Source: a virus
Taxonomy: Duplodnaviria; Caudoviricetes
Length of the DNA: 64,000 nt
Reading direction: 5' to 3' (one strand)
Virus record (IMG/VR): IMGVR_UViG_3300031993_000007
Positions 1-6,989 of this stretch are shown piece after piece (positions within the stretch are counted from its first letter, which is position 1; the number at the start of each line of letters is the position of its first letter). The notes beneath the pieces are model-generated. The model was given only the letters and a program-made list of their open reading frames with translations. It had not been told where the DNA came from and searched no databases. The position numbers and the translations under genes are program-made.

Positions 1-778
1 GATAGTTCTTACGACGAATCAATAGCACTTCTTCACTGGAAGTATAAGCTACGATATCTGCCGTAACAGAAGGTTCAGCCCATCCGTGCTTTTCCTTGTC
101 AATCTTGTACTGAGCAAGGAATGCTTCAAGATTTTCTTCATACTTGGGGCCATTTTGATAGTACAGCTCGTGTATCCAGATATGCCGATAGATGTCTTCA
201 AAAGTTAGGCTGCTGATTCCATTGGCCATCTTTTCTGCTAAGGTTGGATCACGTTCTAGATAACTTCTGATCGCAGAACTAGAGACATCCTTAGCCTCGG
301 TTTCAACCAGCTTGTACTTAGCCTTTTCCCAATAAGCATAAGTGAGCCTATCTCGGATAATTCCAAGAGTATTCTTTGTAGTTCTTGTAAAGACCAAGAA
401 GCTAACCAGATCACGGATTTCCTCGGAACGTTCCCAGAGACCTCTAGCCAACTGTTCAGCCTGATCCAATCCAATACAAAGAGTGGTATCTTCCGGAGTA
501 GGCTTGATAGACATGTGGGTAAGCTCCCAAGCCATGAGCTCATCTTGCCATTCAACACTAATGCTGTCTCTTGGAATAGGCAGCTTTGTATTGGCTAGCA
601 AGATTTCAGTCATGGTTCGGCGCTCTTCAGGTTCGGCTTTGTAGTGCTTCTCTGTGTTGTTAGTCACAAAGATTGTGAGCTTGTCAACCTTCGGATCCAT
701 GATCGAAGCGATCGTTCGGATTATCTCCGAATGTGCAACGGTAGGAGGATCGAAGGCTCCTCCAAAGATGTAGTGCAT
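1..778 (-). CDS. nadD: Nicotinate/nicotinamide-mononucleotide adenylyltransferase (NadD-like) fused to a Nudix hydrolase; runs off the window start
   Basis: Absent from the ORF track. Manual translation from ATG 778, directly after the pncB TAA: MHYIFGGAFDPPTVAH (HxGH-type motif), IGLDQ, DVSSSAIR (SxTxxR-type motif), then PSVTADIVAY..VLLIRRKNY, typical of a Nudix N-terminus. Confidence 0.82.
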   Translation of the reverse strand, partial: MHYIFGGAFDPPTVAHSEIIRTIASIMDPKVDKLTIFVTNNTEKHYKAEPEERRTMTEILLANTKLPIPRDSISVEWQDELMAWELTHMSIKPTPEDTTLCIGLDQAEQLARGLWERSEEIRDLVSFLVFTRTTKNTLGIIRDRLTYAYWEKAKYKLVETEAKDVSSSAIRSYLERDPTLAEKMANGISSLTFEDIYRHIWIHELYYQNGPKYEENLEAFLAQYKIDKEKHGWAEPSVTADIVAYTSSEEVLLIRRKNY

Positions 779-2059
779 TTACGGTCTCCAGTGTTTCTTT
801 GGGAAATTGGTTTCGTAGAAACGCTTAATAAAGTCTGCGATAGCTGCTTGGTCACCCTTGAGGCTCATGATTTCATCAAGCGACGTGTAATTGAATGCGT
901 GAATGATTTCCTTGATACGGTCTTCGTCATGGCAGTTTGTTTTCCCCGGACAGTCAGACATTTTAACAGCCTTGATGCCATTGACTTCTTGCATCTTCAT
1001 GACCATATTCAGCGGATTGCCGCCGACGTTATTAGTCAAGAAGGTTCCTTGGCCAATGCTGATGAGAATGCGGTTCCAGAAGTAATTGACGATATCAACT
1101 ACCTTGTCATCATTCAAAGAGTCGCTGAAGCAAGCAACCTTTGTCATCGGATCAATCTGGTTGTACTTCAAAGCAGCAATGAATAGATCACCCCAAAGGA
1201 ATGGATCGTTACTGTCATGACGAGCGCCGGACGCAAGCTTCATGTAGCGCTTAGTGAATGCCTTAAGGAAGGCAAGGAAACCATAGGTATCGCTTAAAAA
1301 GATACCAAGGTCGCCATCGAATTCCTTTGCCCAAGTTTCAAATGCCGCTTCTTGCGAATCTTCGGTGCGGATTCCCTTCAGACCTTGGAACAACATCTTC
1401 CACGAGTGGGCAAATGTTCCAATCGGCTTCACGCCAAATTTCATGGCCAAGTAGACGTTCGAAGTGCCTACAAAAGCTAAGCACTTTTCGATCAGACGGC
1501 GGACGACGTATTCATGCCAATCATAAGATGCACGACGGCGAGTACCGAAGTCTGCAAGCTGGAACTTCTTGCCTTCATTCCAGAGCTTGTTGTACTTGTC
1601 AATAGCGGCATCAAGATTTTTCTTACCAAGTTCGTAGTCAACACCTTCTTGGTCTGCCATCCAGAGTTCCTGAACAATAGGCATCACAAGGGTTTCATAC
1701 CAGTGGATACGTTCTTCAGGGCCTTCAGCAGTGATATGCAGTTGGTCATCGTAAGATTCAACATTGATATACTTGCGCTTCAGACGGAAGTCTTCAAGGT
1801 ATTCAATGAAATCGTAAGTCAAGTACGGGATGCTGTCAAGGAACTGCAATTCATCAGTGCCATGCTTCAGTTCGCACAGATGATCAATTTGGTAATTGAC
1901 TTCATCCTTCAGGTATCCAGTCTTGACACCTTTAGAGCGGATAGTCAGTTCCCATTTTGTATGGGCGTTCTTGATATTGTGGAAGATCGCCTGACCCATA
2001 GTGTACTTATAGAAGTCAGTATCGGTCAGATGATTGATAATGAATTTATGGTGGGCCAT
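779..2059 (-). CDS. pncB: Nicotinate phosphoribosyltransferase
   Basis: DTDFYKYTM, DFGTRRR, GTSN, GTFAH, SDT, RHDS, FSDSL, GQGT, KMSDCPGK motifs in PncB order. Confidence 0.93.
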   Translation of the reverse strand: MAHHKFIINHLTDTDFYKYTMGQAIFHNIKNAHTKWELTIRSKGVKTGYLKDEVNYQIDHLCELKHGTDELQFLDSIPYLTYDFIEYLEDFRLKRKYINVESYDDQLHITAEGPEERIHWYETLVMPIVQELWMADQEGVDYELGKKNLDAAIDKYNKLWNEGKKFQLADFGTRRRASYDWHEYVVRRLIEKCLAFVGTSNVYLAMKFGVKPIGTFAHSWKMLFQGLKGIRTEDSQEAAFETWAKEFDGDLGIFLSDTYGFLAFLKAFTKRYMKLASGARHDSNDPFLWGDLFIAALKYNQIDPMTKVACFSDSLNDDKVVDIVNYFWNRILISIGQGTFLTNNVGGNPLNMVMKMQEVNGIKAVKMSDCPGKTNCHDEDRIKEIIHAFNYTSLDEIMSLKGDQAAIADFIKRFYETNFPKKHWRP

Positions 2060-2091
2060 CTTTTACCTCATTTTAGATAGTGGCTGTAGAT

Positions 2092-2098
2092 TAATATA
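2092..2098 (-). promoter_or_regulatory. Early-type promoter TATATTA upstream of pncB
   Basis: Same motif recurs upstream of about 14 non-structural operons. Confidence 0.6.
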
Positions 2099-2103
2099 AA
2101 AAT

Positions 2104-2134
2104 AATCGGATATGGTACAATACCATATCCGATT
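2104..2134. terminator. Intrinsic terminator hairpin
   Basis: AATCGGATATGGTA-caa-TACCATATCCGATT with flanking A/T tracts. Confidence 0.75.
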
Positions 2135-2261
2135 TAAAAGCAAATCAATATGGCCTTACCGTAAAGGCAAAGCCAGAGACCAAACAGGGGCTTTACCTGC
2201 GAGGTAAAGCGATTGAAGAAACAAGAAGAATAGTCTTTTTCATGTTGAACCCTTATGTTAA

Positions 2262-2273
2262 CAATAATAAGTT
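2262..2273 (-). promoter_or_regulatory. Late-type promoter AACTTATTATTG
   Basis: Matches the AAC-N5-ATTG consensus seen before structural genes. Confidence 0.55.
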
Positions 2274-2302
2274 ACAAAAAAGAGAGCGAGCGCTCTCTAG
2301 AA

Positions 2303-3730
2303 TTAGGATCCGATAATCTCCTTGGAGATATCGGAAACGCACTTCAGTGTATCATGTTCTAATGTATCTTCGGCGAAGTCTTCTCCAGTATTTTCAGTGT
2401 AGTTTGTAGGGTCAACCATAATATCATTCACAAGACTGTTAGCTACAAAGGTAAAAGCATCATTTTCGCATTCTACATCTTCAGTGAACTTCTCAAGCAA
2501 TTCTCTAGTCTTGTCAATACATTCCAAGAACGGAACCAAGGCTTTCTTGAGCTCGATAAGGTCTGTAATGCAGTCCATAGAGATTCTGGTTCTAGTAGTC
2601 TTCATCATTTCTGTTCTATCGGTAAACCCGACTTCGACATACAATTCTTGATTTCCACCATAGCCAGGACTACCGAACTTAGCATAGCCTTTACCACCTT
2701 CAGGCATCCTATAATGAAAGTCGAAATTCTTATCTGTCTTTTCCATACAGAAATTCTTAACACAGTCCATTATTGCCGGAAGGCAAGTGTTAGAGCCATC
2801 AACAATACGCTTAGTTAGCTTGCTCTTATCATCCTTAGGATAATCTGGAATCTGAGCTTGCATATATCCCTTGAGCAGAATCTTTAAGACAGTCTGTCTT
2901 GCGAAATTAGGATTGGCCTCGTATTCCTCCCTGCTGAACAAGATATAGCCGTTATTCAAATACTTGAATACTTTGAACTCGCTTCGATGGAAAATCAGAG
3001 CATACATCCAAGACAGCATGTTATAACTTGTAACTTTAAATGGAGGAATGAAATAAGCAAAACCATCATTCTTCTTGAGTTCTTCGCGGATCTTTTCAGC
3101 ATCCATAATCTTCGGGGAGACAACCGCTCGAATCTTAGCTTTAAAAGTTAGATGAACTCCAACACTTCCGAAGTTCGGATATCCCGATACAGTGCTAGGA
3201 ATAAGCCCAGAGTGATTCTCTCTGACAAGCTCGTATGCTGTAACTTTGGTTGCGACCTTATCTCCGAATAAGGGAATATTAAAGGAGAACGGAAACCTAA
3301 AAACATTCTTGAAGAGTTCACCTAAGTTATTGACAAGTAAAGTAAGCAAAGAATCAGGATGACTGGGCAAGTAAAAATCTGGAAGGAAAATGTCCAGATT
3401 AATATCAAGACCATCAGTAAAGACCTTCATAGCTTCAGGAGGATAATTCAAACCGTCATTCTCGACGGGGGCATTACCGAGAAAGACATTCTTGAAAAAT
3501 CCGTCTAAATAGAAGAAACTGTTTTGCTTTTCATCTAGAAGTGCAATCATTCCATTCTTAAAATCTTCGACGATATTAGAGGATGGAACAAACTTATTCA
3601 GGTCTTCAGCCGTTTCAATTTTTGTGTTTTCAAAGAAATTGATTACCTCTTGTTTGACAGAAGCATACTTAGTAGGAGTAAGAGTTTTGTCAGCAAGATT
3701 AACAATGGTGGTATACAATGCAGGGATCAT
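2303..3730 (-). CDS. Hypothetical early protein with the shared C-terminal DP module
   Basis: Start moved to ATG 3730 (AAAGGA RBS, TATATTAT at 3763-3770); ends IMVDPTNY...ISKEIIGS. Confidence 0.75.
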   Translation of the reverse strand: MIPALYTTIVNLADKTLTPTKYASVKQEVINFFENTKIETAEDLNKFVPSSNIVEDFKNGMIALLDEKQNSFFYLDGFFKNVFLGNAPVENDGLNYPPEAMKVFTDGLDINLDIFLPDFYLPSHPDSLLTLLVNNLGELFKNVFRFPFSFNIPLFGDKVATKVTAYELVRENHSGLIPSTVSGYPNFGSVGVHLTFKAKIRAVVSPKIMDAEKIREELKKNDGFAYFIPPFKVTSYNMLSWMYALIFHRSEFKVFKYLNNGYILFSREEYEANPNFARQTVLKILLKGYMQAQIPDYPKDDKSKLTKRIVDGSNTCLPAIMDCVKNFCMEKTDKNFDFHYRMPEGGKGYAKFGSPGYGGNQELYVEVGFTDRTEMMKTTRTRISMDCITDLIELKKALVPFLECIDKTRELLEKFTEDVECENDAFTFVANSLVNDIMVDPTNYTENTGEDFAEDTLEHDTLKCVSDISKEIIGS

Positions 3731-3797
3731 AGAAATTCCTTTTAGATTGTGATCATCAAAAAATAATATAGGACAGACTTTCATCTGTCCTATAAAT

Positions 3798-5024
3798 TTA
3801 CTCAATCTTTTTCAAGAAGTCATCGAGGTTCAAACTCTTAGACTTGATCTTGGATTCGTGGAAGTTCTTCAAGCTGGCATTGAGCAAGCCAGATCCGATT
3901 TTCATTAGCATAAAGCCAATTCGAGGAGTGTCCGACGGTATCATCCGGTAGTACATCTCTCCGATACACTTGTTGCAAATATGCTTTCCGGTGCAGAACA
4001 TCGGGCTACGAATCTTTACCACCTTTCCAGCTAGAGCTTTGATGTTTTCTTCGGTAAGGAGATATTCCTTTCCAGCAAACTCAGCATAGCGAAGATGGTA
4101 TTTGTCCTTTGCGTCTGGGCCGATCTTTACCATCAGTCCGTATTTAGTCTTGCAATCTGTGCCATGTTTGTCAAGACGCAGATGTTGGAAGGCCATGTTG
4201 AACTTCTTCACCACGTAGCCGCCCATAGCGGTATCGATACCACGAGAACAAGCCGATCCAATACCATTGTCTGCGTAGATAGCAATTTCAGACTTCTTGA
4301 TACCTTCCTGAAGAGAAGAATCGGCAAATCTAAATTTAGTGTTGTCCTTACTTTCATTCACCAAGCCACGCATGGCCGAGGTAACGCCGACCACATCTTT
4401 AGCAGATCCGCTAGCCATGTAGTCATAAGCAGGCTTGTCTTTGATTTCATCGACAAACTTGGACTTCACTTCGTCATCGATCTTATTAAGAACGGCAACA
4501 TCAACATTCTTTACGGCTTCGGCATTCTCCTGAAGCAGTCTCTTCTTCAAGGCATTCACAGAGGGAATTTCCTTGTAGATATCGTTGCTAAGGCCAGGAG
4601 ATACAAAGCTGGTAATTCCATAAGTAAACCACGTTTCACGATCAATAAAGTCTGTGTAGTCCAGCGAAGAAATCTTTTCTTCAAGCAGGGCAGACGACAG
4701 AACGCTATTGATCTTGCCGATAGTTTTCTTCGTCCAAGGCTCATTGATAAATGAGAAGAGCGAAGTATACTTAGCATTTCCAAGAAGAAACAGATTTGCT
4801 ACGTAACGACCGGCAGTGGTGAGGATGCTTCCAGTTACCTTCGGAATTACAGAAGCCGTTTCGTCTGAAGACCTAAGAGTAAATTCACCGTTGAACGGAA
4901 TCTTTTGCTTTCCTTCGACAAAGGCGAAATTGGCAAGGAGCCATTCCTTAGTGACTTCAGAGTGCTTCAAAGCTAGCAAAGTCCTGATGTTGTCTTCTGT
5001 GAGTTGAGGTCTTTGATTAGCCAT
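3798..5024 (-). CDS. RNA polymerase beta'-like subunit, C-terminal part (probably virion RNAP)
   Basis: TTAGR, MRGLV, SSLQEG, RGIDTAMGGY (bridge helix), DCKT, IRSPMFC..ICNKCIG zinc site, LKNFH (trigger loop); last gene of a late structural operon. Confidence 0.88.
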   Translation of the reverse strand: MANQRPQLTEDNIRTLLALKHSEVTKEWLLANFAFVEGKQKIPFNGEFTLRSSDETASVIPKVTGSILTTAGRYVANLFLLGNAKYTSLFSFINEPWTKKTIGKINSVLSSALLEEKISSLDYTDFIDRETWFTYGITSFVSPGLSNDIYKEIPSVNALKKRLLQENAEAVKNVDVAVLNKIDDEVKSKFVDEIKDKPAYDYMASGSAKDVVGVTSAMRGLVNESKDNTKFRFADSSLQEGIKKSEIAIYADNGIGSACSRGIDTAMGGYVVKKFNMAFQHLRLDKHGTDCKTKYGLMVKIGPDAKDKYHLRYAEFAGKEYLLTEENIKALAGKVVKIRSPMFCTGKHICNKCIGEMYYRMIPSDTPRIGFMLMKIGSGLLNASLKNFHESKIKSKSLNLDDFLKKIE

Positions 5025-5033
5025 AACCTCTCC

Positions 5034-5642
5034 TTAGAGATAGAGACGATATTCAAAGATCACAGAAGTGTCGGCATAGAACGGAATACCGGGGAACCTG
5101 AACTGCGTAACACGATTTGCATTTGCGCTATCATCAAGCAGAGTAACAAAGTTAACCTCGTGGCATTCTCCGGCACTAATTCCAAGGGAATTACCTTCGC
5201 CATTTCCGACAACCTGAAGCTTAAATCGAATGAAAGCTCCACCGTCACGGGTGTAGATAATCTTCTTGCCTTTCATGTCATCAGCAATGTCGGCAGGCTG
5301 GTAGCTATCGTTGCTGCTGAAGAAGTCTACATCAAACGCATTACTCAGCATCGATGTCACCGTATCTTCATATTCAACCGGATAGGTGTTGTTGCCAACC
5401 GTGCCTACCTTGAACTTGGCAATCTTAGCGCTACCGCTGATAATGCCGCTAACGGCTGTCTGGATGTCGCTGTCTTCGTTATTAAAGAAATTATCGCCAA
5501 TGGTGGTATTGCCGATCAAACGATTGAGCACATAGACCTTTTCTACAGCCGTAACAACGTTGTGCAAATTCTGAAACAAAACCTTTCCGGTCTTTGCATC
5601 ATAAGCGCTAACCACGCCTTTTAGAAGGAAATTGTCTTTCAT
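5034..5642 (-). CDS. Putative virion (baseplate/tail) protein
   Basis: HNVVT N-terminal motif and terminal FEYRLYL resemble the upstream paralog-like gene; late operon. Confidence 0.55.
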   Translation of the reverse strand: MKDNFLLKGVVSAYDAKTGKVLFQNLHNVVTAVEKVYVLNRLIGNTTIGDNFFNNEDSDIQTAVSGIISGSAKIAKFKVGTVGNNTYPVEYEDTVTSMLSNAFDVDFFSSNDSYQPADIADDMKGKKIIYTRDGGAFIRFKLQVVGNGEGNSLGISAGECHEVNFVTLLDDSANANRVTQFRFPGIPFYADTSVIFEYRLYL

Positions 5643-5649
5643 GATTTAC

Positions 5650-6567
5650 CTATGCGAACACGTAATATTCAAGATCAAGATCTTTAGTAAGATTACCAAA
5701 GAAGTTTTCTGTGGGAAATGTAATATGCGAGAACTGAATTGGAAGGGTGTAATAAATCCCATCCTCAGATCTTGCAAATTTCTTGGGGCCGTATTGAATT
5801 TCTGATTCAGGATTTTCTATACAAGCCATGTACAAGCTAAGCTCGTTTACTTTAGAGTCACGAGCAATCCTAGCCTTATCAGCCTCTGTGGCTATTTCAG
5901 GGAATACACGAGTCAAGTCTTCTGCACTAATAGTCAGCCTAAATCTGGCCACGGCAGTTTCAAAGCTGTGAATACCGATTCTAGACGAATTCTGGTCAAT
6001 TGTGCTAGAAGAAGTGGAATGGATTTCTTTGATACCCATGTCAACACTTTCTAGGATCTTGAAATAGACATAATTGTCAGGATCCGGCCTAGAAATGAAT
6101 TCTGTCTCGGGGCCTAAGACAGGAGTCCTATCCAAAGTGTATTTATTCCCTTGAGAGCCGCCGTCGCCTATAGGTAGCTCGGCATTTGGCGGCAAGGCTA
6201 CATAGTTACTGAGATTGTAACTAGAACTATAACCACTTTCTAATCTTTTCCTGAGCGGAACTATATGAAAGAGATTCATATCTTTCATAGAAGACGCAGC
6301 CGGGATCACAACGTTCTGTTCAGTCAAGGCTCCGCCATTTCCAAAGGCATAGCAGGATATCCAGCTTTTATTATGGAATTTCCAATCAGAGTTTAAGCCA
6401 TAAAACCAGCTTTCATCCGGCTTGTATTCTATCTCTGATTTTCTGGCCATAGCTGCAAGCAAAGCCTTTCTTCCGAGAGTAGTTATCTTATTTGGACGAT
6501 CCCAGAGCAGCTTTCCGCCACTGTAGGCTCTTACTCGCCCATGCAAGTCTAGCATACCAAGATTCAT
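5650..6567 (-). CDS. Putative baseplate/tail-fibre attachment protein
   Basis: NKITTLGR, FGNGG, NELSLY, FSHITF, LEYYVF pattern seen in jumbo-phage baseplate proteins; late promoter at 6585-6596. Confidence 0.6.
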   Translation of the reverse strand: MNLGMLDLHGRVRAYSGGKLLWDRPNKITTLGRKALLAAMARKSEIEYKPDESWFYGLNSDWKFHNKSWISCYAFGNGGALTEQNVVIPAASSMKDMNLFHIVPLRKRLESGYSSSYNLSNYVALPPNAELPIGDGGSQGNKYTLDRTPVLGPETEFISRPDPDNYVYFKILESVDMGIKEIHSTSSSTIDQNSSRIGIHSFETAVARFRLTISAEDLTRVFPEIATEADKARIARDSKVNELSLYMACIENPESEIQYGPKKFARSEDGIYYTLPIQFSHITFPTENFFGNLTKDLDLEYYVFA

Positions 6568-6584
6568 AGATTACCTTTCAAATT

Positions 6585-6596
6585 CAATGAGAAGTT
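6585..6596 (-). promoter_or_regulatory. Late-type promoter AACTTCTCATTG
   Basis: Consensus match 18 nt before the ATG. Confidence 0.65.
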
Positions 6597-6618
6597 GCAG
6601 TTTTGTAAATCTCATAAC

Positions 6619-6630
6619 AACTAATCATTG
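6619..6630 (+). promoter_or_regulatory. Late-type promoter AACTAATCATTG
   Basis: Consensus match upstream of the 6670 gene. Confidence 0.65.
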
Positions 6631-6669
6631 CACCCTCTATTCATCTAATTCTATCGATAGGAATTAACT

Positions 6670-6939
6670 ATGACTAACGTTCAAATTAAATTCCAGCTCA
6701 ATGGTCGTGGATCGGCTATGAGTGCTGATTGCGCTTTGGTGGAAGCCCAGACTAACTTCCTTGTCTTCAAGGTTGACGGTATGACTGCTAACAGCGTTCC
6801 GTACGGCTGTATCGAAACTCTCAAGATCAACGATGTCGAAGTCAAGGATCTCTCTCAGGCTGGCATCGCCGCTGTCCTTCTGGACGAAAGCGATGAAGGT
6901 TCTGGCAGTACCTCTGGTAGCACTTCTGGCGAAGGCTAA
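6670..6939 (+). CDS. Small late protein with a Gly/Ser tail
   Basis: Own promoter, AGGA RBS, strongly biased codons, own terminator. Confidence 0.75.
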   Translation: MTNVQIKFQLNGRGSAMSADCALVEAQTNFLVFKVDGMTANSVPYGCIETLKINDVEVKDLSQAGIAAVLLDESDEGSGSTSGSTSGEG

Positions 6940-6954
6940 TTTTGCCAAAGAATT

Positions 6955-6986
6955 AATTTCCCTTACCTCTCAGGGTAAGGGAAATT
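6955..6986. terminator. Bidirectional terminator between convergent genes
   Basis: AATTTCCCTTACC-tctcag-GGTAAGGGAAATT. Confidence 0.8.
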
Positions 6987-6989
6987 ATT

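Noticed and set aside
779-2059. Nicotinamide phosphoribosyltransferase (NadV/NARP2) call
   Set aside because: Motifs (DTDFYKYTM, DFGTRRR, KMSDCPGK) fit PncB better than NadV.
644-2080. Plus-strand ORFs 644-1186 and 1514-2080, and similar long antisense ORFs (4095-4754, 16292-17296, 18772-19587, 22857-23873, 31654-32259)
   Set aside because: They mirror well-supported genes on the other strand, lack RBS and motifs, and are expected from codon bias.
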